From positions 62,001 to 126,000 of the forward strand of contig JAKMXF010000277.1 in assembly GCA_024704765.1 (NCBI GenBank): a stretch of 64,000 nt of DNA. The letters run 5' to 3'. The notes beneath the pieces are model-generated. The model ran no database searches and was not told the origin of the DNA. It was given only the letters and a program-made list of their open reading frames with translations. Source of the DNA: Oopsacas minuta. Its lineage: Eukaryota > Animalia > Porifera. Shown piece by piece: positions 13,101 through 28,100 of the stretch (position 1 is the stretch's first letter; every line of letters begins with the position of its first letter). A program made the translations under genes and the position numbers.

Positions 13101-16100
13101 CGCTACTGAAACTAGCGCTATCACCTCTCGCTTCGAATTCTGAGAAAAGTCTTGAACCGAGCGCCAGCGCAGTGTTTGAGAATAGACATAGTATTATCTT
13201 CACTTGATAAGGCAACTCATCATAGGTTTCATCACTTTGTATGAAAAAATACGGGCAATACGTCATGAAAAAAATCACTCCAGACATGACCGTAGCAACA
13301 TTCGTTTTTGAAAATAGCGTAGCTAGAAGTGTAGCGAATCCAATTGTTGCCAACGTGTACAATAACAGGAAGAGGAAAAACAATGCATTGCTAGCCCAGA
13401 TGAATATGCCTCCACCCACGATTAAGATCATGACCATAATAATAGTGACTAGTAGGAAAATGAAATTTTTAAGGAACCATGCGAGTTTCTGTGCTATACC
13501 TGAAGCTCCCATGATTTTCAGTGATTCCTAAAAAAGAGAAATAATCAGTAAAATTTGGCTGTCCTCGCCTCAAAAAAGTGAGATATGTAAGAATATTGTC
13601 AGCACAGTAACAAACCTTCAGTTTTTTCTCTTTCTCATAAACGAGAGATCTAACTATGAACATTGTTGGTATAATGAATGACAACATCAATAACAGAGGT
13701 AACCCATAAGCCAATGCCATGCTGAAGTCGTATTCAATATATTTGCGATATGGATACCTAGGAATGCAGATATAATTATTAATTGCCTGCTTATTTGGCA
13801 AAGCTGTCTACTTACTGTTGTATCTGTATGTTCAACTCTGGATATGAGGAATCTGGATTGAGCTGTTCGTATCTGTATCTTAAGATTGCTTGTTCCAATG
13901 CCGCTTGTACTGGCAAATATCCTTGATAGATGTATCCGGGTTTGTCACCTGTCAAATTATCATATTTGACTCTGGGACCTTGTCCTGCTATTCTTGGAAA
14001 TAAAATATTTGTCCTCCAATCACCTAATATTTAATTCATGAGAAAATGTAATAATAATTCCTAGAAATGATATAATTACTAGCGAATAACTAACCACTTG
14101 GTGATTTTAATGCTTCTGTTGCATTTGAATCATTCTTGAAGTCGATATGTTGTAATTTCTGAATCAGAGCTAGTATATTAGTAACATTAAATATTTCTTC
14201 CAATTTCGAAACATTTACAAATGGCCGTAATTTGTCATCAAACCGTATTTTATACTCGAATTGTATGCTATTTGCTTTCTTCGTGTTGTTAAGTGAGATT
14301 CCACCCAAATATTTCGAATAATAGAATTCATCAGAATCGTTCTTTTGCGAATCTAAGAAATTTACCATTTCACTCTCGTTTTTGCGAAAATCAACATCAA
14401 TGAACAAATTCAAGAAATACCCCATAGACTTGAATCTTTCCGCGATATCTCGAACTTCCCTTGTATCTGGCGCAAACAAAATTATCTTTTTCGAGTTTTG
14501 CAAACTAGTTGGCATTGGAAAAACCATTGGTGCAATCGTTGCTAATTTCATGTCAATATCTGTTGAATTATTTATCGATATCGGGTTCCATCTTCTCTCC
14601 TCATGATGTATCTGTACGAACTGATATCTCAAGGCTACTAATACTGCAATGTATGCAACTGGTAGGATGAGCTCGAAAATGGTGAATACCCAACTTCTGA
14701 ATTGTAATATGAAATTCTTGATAAGAAGCAAGCCAACAGTTCGAAGGAAACTGAAGCAGCCCATGTCTAACTACAAATAAATCAAAAGTTATTAATACAG
14801 ACACTATTATACAAGGGCATTTATAATAGTTAGCCAATTGGCATTGAATATTATAGGCAGTCAAATTTGAGCACGTGGAATCTGATACTATTTAAATCCA
14901 CTTCGTAAACCCATTAATGCATCATATATCATAAAGTCATGCGTTTTGGCTCTGAGGAGCTATCAAACACTACGAAGCGTGAAACACACACATGACTAAT
15001 ATAACATCCAAATTAATAAGATAACACACATAGTATATCCCTCCCATTCGATTCGGTCATCATACGTTGTTCGCCTTATGATTAGTGTAGAGTAGAAAAT
15101 ATGGTTAGCGCCTTGTTGGATCGATTTTAGATAAATGAACAAAGATTGTTTGTAATCGCTTGTCCAGTCCAAGGTTGCACAATAATACACAAGGTTTTGA
15201 TATATTTTACGAATTCCTTTCTAAAACTCGCCCGCTCATAATCTTAATAGATTTCCCATCATACCACCAAGACGATAATTATCACCAGACAGCACAGCTT
15301 GTAATTTGCCTAAGTTTTCTAATTTATTATAACCTGCTTAAAGCACCGTTATCACATTGGCACTTATAATCTAGGTGTATACCATTGTCTTGAACACGGT
15401 GTGGTGTTTAGCGACAAAAAGAAATATGAAATATGATTTTACAGTGATTTCGCGTGCTAAAGGGTAATTTTCGCATTTGCCGCCAATTTTTCGGAAACGA
15501 AATCCAATCTGTGGGGGGTAACACATGAAAATTACTGATCTTCTATGTAAACTTCACAACGCCTATGCCGATTTAGGTTTGTTTTTTCTTGTTCAGTTGC
15601 TTGCTGACATCATAATAGAGAAGATTGGAATCCTAATCACAAAAGAAGAGCAAGAAAAAGAAATTCCACAATTACTCCTAGAACTCAAAAATGGAGTAAT
15701 TCACATGAAACAGCGTACATGGGATCTCATACTGAATTCTGAACTCGGTGTGCTAAAAATGTTGGACCTAACAACCTTCAAGCCTGGTACTAGGAATGAA
15801 CCATTAGCTCTGATTTCTAGTGAATACGATAACAAAGTATTTTCTGTTGAAGTGTGCATAGCCGAGAGACAATCACCTGAATATCATACTCATTTCAATT
15901 CAACACACAAGACTGTTCGCCTCGTAACATACCCAATGCATTTTGGCTTGCATAAAAATTCTCTTTTCAATGTTACATCTTTGTTAGTTTCACTCTTGCC
16001 ATCTGTTGAGAGCACTAAAACTTCTAATCTCGCCACACAAACTGTCGCTAGTGTAAATCAAATTGACGACGCTATGGAAGGAAATTTGGGCTATAAGCCA

Positions 16101-19100
16101 AGCTTTTGGGGTCGGGATAACGAAAAAGGCCTACATCTTGAATTGCAAATGTATCCAGCTTCATTAACTTTATACAACAACACAGGACCATTCATCAAAG
16201 CAGAATTCCTTGGGATTCAATCATCAATAACATTACAGCGTCTCAGAATGGATTTAGAATTCATTATTCAAGGATATCTCATCTCGGATTTAAATCCTGA
16301 AACGAATTACCCAAAACTTCTCTACCAAGTTGATCCTACTGTGCCTTTTCTCCAATTGAAAATGAATGTTTTCAAGGAAGCTACTTTGAATGACAAATAT
16401 CTTGACCTACAACAAAAAGATTTATATGTTGAAGTCAAGTTAGCCAGAAATAGGCTCATATTACTGGCTGATTTAATCGCCCAAGTTGTTCCTTTCTTTA
16501 CACAGCTTGCCCAAATTAATTTCACTCAAAACACCCTAATTGATTCCGCGAAAGACGCTGCTACAGTTACTGCCAAGGAAACTGCTGCGGCTGCGAAGAG
16601 TAGCTCATCTAGTCGAATCGGATTGAATATACTAATTGAAGCCCCTAGTGTATTGATTCCCTTGCATTGCAAGTCTAAAGATGTCTTCATTATAGATGTG
16701 GGCAATTTCAATGCGATGAATTCCTTTCATTTTGCTTCAGAAATATATGGATCACCTGAAGACCCAAATGATACATGGAAAACAGACCACGGACACCCTG
16801 CTGTAATTGATAAAATGAAAGTTGCATTTTCTGACTTACAAATTAACCGTTGTCATTCATATGAACAATGCGAAATAAATAGTGTTGATTCAAATAAAAA
16901 ATTCTCAATCTTGCAACCAGTCAATGTAGACCTCTTCCTTGATCGAACGCTGAATGAATGCCTGGCCAATATTCCTAAAAATAACCTCTCAATAAACATT
17001 GATATAATTTCTCTTCACATCAAACCTCAAGACTTGGTCAATTTAGCCTTTATTGTGAAGTCATTGGGATTGGTACAAGCGTCGCTAGATATTTCTAACG
17101 CACGCAAACATGTAAATTCACAGCAATCAGTTGATCAGCCACAAAAGCCAACAAATCATGATACCCCTGTTACACCTGCAATAGAGACTTCGAAAAACAT
17201 CTTTGTAGCAAGTGCGAAACTTGAAACGGTTAAAATCACAGTTTATTCTGAAGAAGACAGTTTTGCTGACATTTTCTTGACGCATCTAAGTGTCAACGCT
17301 GAAGTTAAACCGCCAATTTCAAAGTTACATGCGGTTATTCGTGGTTTTGGCATACGTGACCTTACGCCTAATTCTATATACCCCGAAATACTCAGTACAA
17401 ATTCAACTACTATGAATTTAATTGAGCTACAATTTGAAACTTGCCAAGATGCAACCAAGGGTGAAAACTTCTTTAATCTAGCCAATTCAGATGGAAAACT
17501 AACACTAACGATTGGTAAAATAAAATTCTATCTGATTTATAGTTTTATGAATCACATCCTTCACACTTTACTTCAGTTTAAGGTTAGTAGAAAGACAGTC
17601 GAAGCACTTAAAAAACAGGCCAAGAAACAAGCAGCAAATACAGCAACATCTACTGTAGACAGAATTACACAAACTGATGCTAAACGATTTTTGATTGCAG
17701 TTAAGGTGGAGGCTCCTGTTATTGTAGTTCCTGTCAGTTCAGAGTCGAATGAAGGGCTCGTACTAGATCTGGGTCTTATTACGGTTAATAACGCTTTTTC
17801 CATCGAAAAACCACAGTTCTCTAAGGATAAAGTCTACAACTATGCTCTCGACATTTCAAATCAAAAAATTATATTCGACAATATTGACTTAACAATCTCA
17901 TCCATTCAATTATACCGACAAACTGCTCATAGCTTGACTCCAACAACATCAGATCCAATATTGCAATCTTTCGAGTTGGAATTATCCCTCATAAGAACAA
18001 TACCTTTCAACAAATATGATAAACCTCAAATGTTAATTTACCTATCTCTTTCTCCGATCATTATGGAGTTCCATCTCATTGATTACAAAACTATTCTCAG
18101 TATAATCCAATCCAATATCAAAAGTGGTAAAGTTCTGTCTCTGCCAATCGACGAGACTGACGCTGATTCACCTGACGAACAAGAGCTCGAAAGTTCTATA
18201 AAAGACACAAAATCCAAACCGATTGAATTACCAAATATAGCATTTTATTTACATTTAGACGGGTATACTCTCTCAATAATTGCTCGAGATCAAGAAATAT
18301 CTACCCTCATCTTGAAATCTTTTGATATAGAAGTAAAGAGTATTGAATCTATGCTATCTGTCACAGGTGAATTGGGTGAGTTGAAATTAACACAACCTCA
18401 ATCTACGCATTACTCAAACATTATTAGCTTGGCGCCTGGATCTGAACACCTCATCTGTTTCAACTTAACATTTACTCCCAACTTGCCTCATGATTCGACT
18501 CTACACTCTTTCAATAAAGAATATGACTTGGAATTGAATGTAGACGTTGGTGAGGTTGAAGTTGTCATTCTTTATAGCTACATCTCAAAAATGATAAATT
18601 TCGCTACGAACTTCAGTCCAAAACGAACCCCAAAATCGGATGACGTAGAATTACCTGAAGAATATGACCCAACGCCTCCTGATGAACGTATTCTCAAGTC
18701 GATTGCTTCACTGGACAAATTCGCCATGATGAAGCAACGTTTAAAAATCAACATAAACTTCAGGGCCCCTGTCATATATATCCCGCAGAATTCAGTAGCG
18801 AATCAGGTTATAGTTGCACGTTTAGGTAACATAACACTCCAGACTGAGCCCACGATTAAACACATTCCTGATACAAAGGAAGAAATATTGACTGATTGCT
18901 ACCAACTGACCTTTTCTAAATTAACTATTTCACGCGGTTTCATCAACATCAGCAATGATAACTACCTTCAATCATTGATTTCCATGCGGCCACTCACGTC
19001 AAAATTCTGCCTGGAAGTGTCTCTACTACGTCGTGTAACTCCATCGACCAAAAGTCCTTTCCTTTTAGTTCAGTTACATCTCCATGAGATATCGCTGTTA

Positions 19101-22100
19101 CTGGGTTCATTAGACCTTGAGATGATCACTGACGTCATTATAGGTCAAATAAAGGATCAGGACACTACGTTAATTTCGAACGACTCTGATTTCTCCTTCT
19201 CCCTCTCAACCACTCCTCTTGATAAGCCTGAAGTGAAGCGGAAGCCTAAGGTAGAGACACGTAGACTAACACGTATGGGTTCTGTATCGCAGCCGCATAT
19301 CTTCAAATCAGACCCAGAAACAGCTCTCCTCTCTGTGAACTTACAGATTGACAGCATTGGTTTGAAAATTTTCCACATGGAAAAGAATATACCAAATGCT
19401 TTGAAGGAAATGGGTGACCTGAATGAATTTCCTATCCCACAGGAAAAGAGTCTAGCTTATTTAGCGATTGTGAATGCTTCCTTGGTTGGAGAGGTAAAGC
19501 CAAATCTCGTTACAGGAATTAATCTTACACTCAATGATATTGTAGTACAGGATAATAGAGTTGAGATGGCCGACAAAATTTCACGTATGATTTCCCGAAG
19601 TATTCTAGTTAAAGATGAACGTCCTCTTCTTGCTATAGAACTGAAACGGCTCTCTAGCGATGACTTAACCATGAGGTTATTCCTATGCAACTTAACAGCT
19701 ATTTTCTCAACAGAATTTCTCATAACAATCGCTCTATTCTTCTGGAAACCTATAGAGAGGGTGTCTCAGATTACAAATGAGGGTCAAGAGAAGGCAAAGC
19801 GCAGAAAGAAGACAAAAGAAATACCACGTAACACTCCCACAGACCTACAAAACAGAATACCAACTTTCCGCCTAAATATAACTGTTAAAAATCCAACAGT
19901 TTTGCTGATAGAAAATACAACTGATAGAAATCCTCGTACTCTTGTAGGTAAGCTAGAACTTTCAGGGATAGTTAAACATGATAAAGGGCTAGGATTCAGC
20001 ACAACATTCACCCTCTCTAATGCTCAACTATACACTTGTTTATACAATACAATCGCCAATCCCTATTCCTACGTCGTAGCTCCATTCGTCATGCATATGA
20101 ACATAAATGGAATCGCAGAAGAAATCCACATTGTAATGGAGAGTCTACAAATCAATCTCACACCATCCACGCTAGCTTTAGTGACTCATATAGCTGAATC
20201 TTTGAAATTCCCTGATAAACATGATCTAGGATACGCACCAATTGATCTATGGGAAGCACACGATACAGAAAAGTATTCTTGGTTCCTTCGATCATCTGAA
20301 TCGATTGATTCCTGGTCTGTTGTTCTTGACAACATAGAAGACAGTTCAACACCAGCATTGAAGACAGAGAGACTGGATATAGAGGTTCGTAGTATTGATT
20401 TTAAACTCGACAGTGAGTATAAAGGTAAAATAACTCCTATCATGCTTATACATGCTTCAGCTGGAGCGGAGATACAAAATTGGAAGACACAGGTAGAAAT
20501 GCTTGCCTCATTTACAGTAGAAGCCTCTTATTTCAACGAAAAGCTCTCAACATGGGAACCTCTCCTCGAGCCAGCACAAAGCCGTACCACAGCCAATTTA
20601 ATACCATTTCGTTTCAAGCTAGAAATGAACACAAGTGACAAAGGATCCACAAGTGACGTAGTGCTAATCAGTGACTCTGACATACAAACACAAGCGATCC
20701 AGGCAGAGTATGCTATCGAGCTAACAGCATTAGATGGTATCAATATAACTGTTTCAAGGGAACTGATTGAGATATTAAGCAAGTACAAAGATGAAATCGA
20801 TTTGGTTAAGAGTAATGTAAAATCTTGGGACAGCACTGCATCAACCGATGAATCTGGAAATTCTGTTTTCGTGATACTGAATGAGTTGTCTATCCCGATT
20901 AAGATCACACTTGATGAAAAGGACATTTTATTTTTCGATCATAAAGAAACATCTAAATCTCGTACAATTAACGACAACACACCATGCCATATATACACTT
21001 CGAATGCTGTCGAAGATTTGGCACAGGCTATTCTTTCGAAACGTGGGAAAGTTAAGGACCACTATATGCACGTGTCTCTTGAGAAGTATCATACAATTCC
21101 ATTCATACCCATCCATCGTACCGGTAATCTACTCTACTTCCTACCACCAACAAAAGATCACTTTTTAGTTGTTGAGATAAATCTGATAAATGGTTATAAA
21201 CAAGTGATTATACGTTCTCCAATGAAAATACGAAACGAATTGGATGTCATTATGGAAATATTCGCCTCACCAATTGATCAGGATGCTTCTGGCCTGACAT
21301 CTGTAGCTACCATACAACCCAAAGAAACATATTACGTTCCATTACACCACACATACAACAATATATTCAGTCTTGCACCACACCAACTAATATACCGACC
21401 TTCTATGTTACGTTTTGGTAGTCATACAAAGTTCTCAGCTCAGACAACAGAATGCATGGTTCACACCGACTCCAGTGTATCACCAAAGGAAGATCCTCCG
21501 TTCAGTTTCACACTTGATGCTACAGAAGACCATTATACTCGTGAGCCACTCAAATTTAAACGAAATTCTGACGGTAACTATCCTCACCATATATTCACAG
21601 CATATGTACCTTCTATCATTCATAACCTGTTGCCTGTTGTTCTGAACTATGAAGTTGAACACTCGAGATTCAAGTCACGAGTCCTCCCAGGCTCTACTTC
21701 TAATATCCTATTCTATTCACCAGATAAATCAACTAGTGTGATACTCACAATCACGTTATATGAAACCGTTTTCCAAGGGAAATTTAGTCAATTAAGTGAC
21801 AATGAAACTTCAAGTTGTAAAATGCAATCACAAGACGGTAAATTATCATTTATCCTAGGAGTGTATGCTGAAACGACTGGCTCACTCCAAATCAAGGTAT
21901 TCGCTGCTTATTGGGTAATAAACAAAACTGGCCTCAATTTACAATATAAAAGTAGTGAATCAGGTTTTAACAAACCTTTAAATCATGAATCAACAGACGA
22001 ACCTATGTTATTCCCATCCACCAGTCTTGGTAGTAAAGTTAAGTTAGCAGTTAGACGGTTAACTTTCGGTAGTACGTCAACAGAATGGTCGAATTCAGTT

Positions 22101-25100
22101 GCGATTGGAGCAGTAGGCAGCGAGAATCTGGTTGAGTCTAACATCCCTGGTGGTTCAGGAGTCTCTTACCAATTCGGTATTAGAATCACAGTATCATCAT
22201 CTTCACTGACAAAAATCGTTATAATAACCCCGTATAATCTTCTTATCAATAACACGAAGCAAGAACTAACGATTCAAGAACAGTTAGTTGATTCCGTTCT
22301 CCTAAAACCAGGAGATTGTACGCCTTTCTACCCAATTGAGGATACATGTAAAATTGTCCCAGATACTTCTGTTAAAGGTGCTGTGCTAGATATCGCGATT
22401 CCTGGTCAGATTCTACTGCAATTTGATGGTGACAATCCTGCTATCCCTGTTGATATCAGCACAAATGTCTCAAGCAATGTTATTACATTTCAATCATATT
22501 ACGATGGTGCTGTTCCATTACAGATCGTGAACTCTCTAAGCGAAGTATTGATTGAGTTTAAACAGAAAGGATGTACTGGAAAATCGAATCTTGTTCCACC
22601 AGGTTTGTTTTGATATATTTATTGGGGTATTGGCTGTAATATCTTGAACAAATATAGGCACATCTCTGAATTATACTTGGGAAGATCCTTCAAAGCCGCA
22701 TGAAGTAGAATGGTGGCCCACGAAACAGGAAAAAGTGAAGACGACTGCATCAGTGAATTTCGACGCTGATGGAAAAGTCAATTTTCCTTTCGGTCTTGAT
22801 ATGAGTATTGTTGTGGAAGGTTCGACGCACTCTTCAAGTACACATGACGATTTTGATGATATTTCTACGGAAGCCTCTATGCTGATGTCTTCTACAAAGT
22901 CTAAAACAAGTATGTACACATTTTTTTCAATTTAATAGGTGTCAATCCACTAGTGTTAGCTGTATACGGTCGTATTTTAATAGTGCTATATTTTTTCACG
23001 AAAACTATGTATTTCTTCAGTCACGAATATTAGAGGTGCAGAGTTATTATGGATCAGTTTTTTGGATGGACTTCAACGTATTTTGCTCATAACAAACAAT
23101 TCAGTTATAGCCAGACACGCAAAGCAAGTACAGAAACGTGAAAAGATAAATTTTAGTTTCGCAATGCTTGTTGAGGAGATTGGCATTTCTCTAATTGATG
23201 CTATTACTCGTACAGAGATTGCTTACATCACTTTAGTTAGTTCTGATACAGTATGGCAATATCTCAAGAATGGAAGGGTGAGTGTTTCCAACGCATTTAC
23301 TGTGCTGACTATATAGTGTAACACACTAAGGTTCCAGTGACCCATAAAATGCGTCCCGTTTCTGAATTCCACTTTGTGGAGGTTGATTTGTATGGGACTA
23401 GGTTGTCTTTCACTCGGTTTCCAGATGTTCCCTGTTTCCACATGCCCTGTTTATGTTACACTGTATAGTCGCCCAGTATCGTATGCTTTTTGTTTTTCTA
23501 TTTTTCCATATCCATTCTACAACCCACAGCAATTCATATTATTAACTGAACAGCTGTATATTTATTAAATACAGCTCTCATAATTATTCTATTTCATTCT
23601 CGTTATTCTAAATATAGCATTAATACTATATCCTGTCACATGTGTGAGCTAACTAATTATTATTCAGATATGGAAAACTATGTCTGGTGAGATAATCAAG
23701 AAACTAGAGTCAGCTTACACGCTAGATCCGAATAGTAATATTGCCAGCAATGAATTGAAAGTAGATTTTCAAAGCATGCAAATACTTGAACCCTACTCTG
23801 GCCATTTAAGAAGAACACATTTTCCAGGACTTTCGCTAGAGTTACAGGTAAGACGTAATTTTCACATGAATACCCCAAAAGATTCAATAATACCCAATTT
23901 AGATTTCATCAAGCCAACTCTACTTTGACATTAAAATAGCTTCAATACAAGTCGACAATCAAATGGCCCATATTCTCTACCCGATTGTCTTTCATTCAGT
24001 CGCTTTACCAACAGATGCCCTGAACTTCGACCCTAAACCATTCCTAGAGGCTAGCCTCATCCTTTTACTCAATAAAAAGATGGGTAAGTATATTGTACTT
24101 TCTACAAATATTTCCTTTTTAAGATTAGTAATGTTTTGCTAGTTTTTACAGTTTAATATTATATCATTCTTATAATGAAATTTTATTCCCTGACTTCCTA
24201 ACTCTTGGAAACTGATCTTTCAATTTCTTTCTCATGATTACAGTCGTACCCGTAAATTTGGACTCTAACGCGAAAAGAGTCTATCCACGATGGTGGAAAT
24301 TGACTGTAATTGCTTACTATAGTGAATTCGATGAACATCCGTTATTTCAAAGTTCTTGTGCAAGAAATGAGTTTTAATTTGGACATTGGATTTATTGAGG
24401 GAGTGATCGGATTATTTGGAGACTTAGAGCAGAGAGAATGGACCACAAAGGAACTTTTTGAATACGATTACAAGAAGGTACGATTTAATATTTATCTTTT
24501 AAATTGCATACAGTCGAACTCGGATACGATTTCCTTCCTCAAAAGTACTTATAGCCACTTCCTCCAACGAGTGTATATTGAATGAGAATTGATTTTTATG
24601 CTATCTCCTAAGGATCTCGGGTTGAATATAAAACTTTGTAGAGAATTCTTTCCTCTCATATCGAGTTCTACTGTACTTATATATTTTTGGTTTGTATATT
24701 CCATATTTGGGCATATTGAATTTTGATATCTCAGGTATTTATATACCAAAACTAATTGTGTCCACAAATTATTTCTATTAATATCCCAGTATTTCATATG
24801 TACTATGTTTATTGGTTAGCCACGACCTACATGTGATAATTACCCATAAATTGCAAACCAATCTTACTTAGAAACCTGATTTATTCAATTATACATTTTA
24901 GCGTCAACATGAACTTCATTGTAATTTCTAATTATTTCTAATGAATATTGTAAAAGCACAATTAGTAGTTATAATATTTCAGCTAAGTATCATTCCTCTC
25001 TTCTCAGTATTCCTCTGATGATGTCTTGTTGTATTACCTTTAGGCGTATTCGTTCCAACATTCTCATATTTATGAGATTTTGTATCGTATTGTGCGAAGC

Positions 25101-28100
25101 ATTCTGGCATAGTTACCGAATTCCCGATTAAGAATGTTACATTATCACCAACTAGTCCAGGCTTTTTTGGCTTTCCTATTGGTGTGGATGTAGACTTTGG
25201 AGATTGTAGTGAGCGTGTATTTTGGTAAGGAGATTGTAGTGAGGGTGTATTATTGCAAGGAGATTGTAGTGAGGGTGTGTTATGGTAAGGAGATTGTAGT
25301 GAGGGTGTGTTATGGTAAGGAGATTGCTGCATTTCTTTTGAAGTTATTGTGGTTACTATTGGTGTTGAAGTTGGTGTTGATGGTAGTGGTGATTTACATA
25401 TATGTGATATGTTAGTATTCGGACTCAACTTTTTTCTAAATATATTAATAAATAAATAATAAATAATTGCTTATTGAGGCATAAAATTGGAAAATTACGT
25501 CGCTGTAATTTGATATTTTGTTTGTTATTGTACAGATTGTATATTAGTATAGTTCTTAACTTGCCTTGGTTCGTTAGTCATAAACTTCATATTGTGGTAG
25601 TTAGAATTTGAAGTTGGTGAAAACGAGCTTTTCCATCCTTTACAATTTGTTGTAACTTGTGAGGAAGGTGTACTGATGGGAGATGAAGATCTATCATTAT
25701 GGCATATTTCTAATGAGCTATTTGGTCTAGAAATATGTTCCTTTATCGTTGATTCTATCGGAGTAGCTGTAGATGAATTGATTTTCAAAATTTTCAGTTG
25801 TGTCCGTTGCCTTGGTTCTATTGTTGTCTTTTGGAGAGGATTCTCATCAGGCATGTTAATGTATTTGGGACACACTCCCATATTATTCATTGACTCCTTT
25901 ATCCGTCTACACTCATATGACAATACTGTAGGCAATTTGTCTTCTATTTTTTCCAGAAATTCTATAACAAAATTGTAAATATTTATTTCAAAACTATCAT
26001 ATATTTCGTACTATTCACTTACTATAGACAGTTTGTAGCATTGTCTTTCTTTCATATTCCATTCTCTGATATCAATTCCTGTTTGCAAGTTTTTTAGATT
26101 GATATTCTTTACAGAAATTTTCTTTTATACTTGAGGAAATTTGCATTTCATATTGTTAGCATTAGCTAGTTAGATGATAATTATAGAATGAGTTAATTAC
26201 CATACATAGAGTTCATTATTTGGGTACACTTTACTTTCATAATTACTATACATACGTATACGTAAAAACATGTAACTTATTGAAATATCAAATGCTTACT
26301 TGTGTTCCTACGTAGATTATCAATGCTAGTATTACAGAATTAGAGGGCTCTGTAACCGCATCTCAAGGTAGTAAACATTTTATAGACTATCTGCACTTAT
26401 CGCCGCTCAAGATTAATCTTAGTTTCAGTCTACAACATGGGAGTGAGCCAGTAGATAAACGTCTCGCTAGAAAGGTTTGTTTATTCGTGTTTGTATTTTT
26501 CACTCCGTTTCTACAGGCGCCGTTTGTGGAGGGTATACTGTTACACGAACAAATGCATTTAGTATTTGAATCGAGTGGTTAGTTCTATTTTAGTTGCTAT
26601 CTTATTGCACCATCATTGCCATATGTGTGCTATATAAGCTTGCATAAACTTGGAAAAACATTCAGGTAATTTCCTCTACGTAATATTATATAATATTCTA
26701 GTAAAATCAACAGGCAGGCGCATATACTTAGAAATATTTGTACCCACAAGAATATCTCTAAGTATTTTGTCGATTTACAGGTTGTCACTTCGAAAGCATT
26801 CAGAGTTCTCCTCGATTCACTCGGAGTGCCCGGATCAGCTGACAAGGTTCTACTACAACTCAAGTACTTAGAAATACAGCATAGAGCAATGACTCAGCGA
26901 CAGATTACGCAAACATTCATCAAGCACTATAAACAAGCCGCTCTGACTCAAATCTATAAAGTTTGTTCTCGCAATTTCACTTTTTGAATTGTGTAGATTA
27001 TGTATGCATTTTTTGCCTTATGCAAATCGTATATCATTGAAATTGGAATTTTTCTTAGATATTACTTGGCCTCGATGTAATAGGAAATCCATTAGCATTG
27101 ATTCGACAGATAGGCGGCGGAGCTAAAGATTTATTCTACGAACCTTACCAAGGAGCTATTGAAGGGCCTGAGGCATTTATTGTTGGAGTTGGACATGGTA
27201 TCACTAGTTTAGCTGGTAGTACAGTTGGTGGTGTAGCTGGAGCAGTGTCAAAGATAACTTCAACTGTTGGGAAAGGTAGTTGGGGATTTAAAAACTGTAC
27301 TTCACTACTTGCTAGTGTCGGGAGTGTCGGCACAGGGCAAATTTTAAGAATATAGTACAGTTTCTATTGAAACACAACCATTTTATAGGTTTAGCTGCTC
27401 TTACCTTTGACACACGCTTTCAGAGATCAAGGCAGAGACAAGACATCAAAGCTCGGACAGCTGGAGAAGAGTTTTTCAGGGGTGGAAAGAGTTTCGCTAC
27501 CGGACTCTTCGAAGGAGTTACAGGTAAGTTTGACTACCCCCATAAATAACAAACCTGTGAAAATTTGTATAGTGCAAAACTATGCAGTTTTAACATTTTC
27601 CCCTCTTTCAGAGCTTCGCTTAAGTTGTGGCAAACTTTCCTACGTTTTTGGGTACGAAATTCCTAAATTTCCTCCTCATTTTTCCCTATACTCTCTATAT
27701 CCTATAATCTACCAAAATACAGAAATAAATATTTTCTAGTGTTTTGTTCGAAATAATTCTAGTTTCTTTACTGTGCTCTTTCCACCATACAGCACACATA
27801 TATATGTATAGGAAAGGGTTATTAGATGTCCTGCAAAGCGATGTGCACTCGTGTCATCTTTCCCAACGATGACTTTTATCTTTTTCTTTGCTTTCTCGAA
27901 TACTCCTTGCATATTCGTATTTGTAATTAACCCATTTTCGTTAAAGGCTGTGTTAAATGGCATATTTACAGAGTCTGGTATCCATTCAGCTTGAAAATCC
28001 TCCACAGGACGTATGTCAATTACGACACATCCTTTTTTACCAACTTTCCCACTATGCAAACCTTGATTTAATAATTCCACCATTTCTTGCCCAGAAATAG

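Noticed and set aside
16322-20926. Series of minus-strand ORFs of 60-130 aa under the giant VPS13 exon
   Set aside because: Antisense shadows of a long coding exon, mostly with non-ATG starts and no motifs.
15525-22613. 2,362-aa ORF treated as a stand-alone gene
   Set aside because: It has a phase-matched acceptor at 15597 and donor at 22602, and it is the central part of VPS13.
24549-24797. 82-aa minus-strand ORF
   Set aside because: Overlaps the TA-flanked MITE at 24511-24673 and AT-rich intron; no homology evident.
25197-25415. Plus-strand ORF of repeated [10 protein letters not shown]; also considered as a CRISPR-like array
   Set aside because: It is the reverse reading of the 30-bp tandem repeat. 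The units are contiguous with no spacers and the DNA is eukaryotic.
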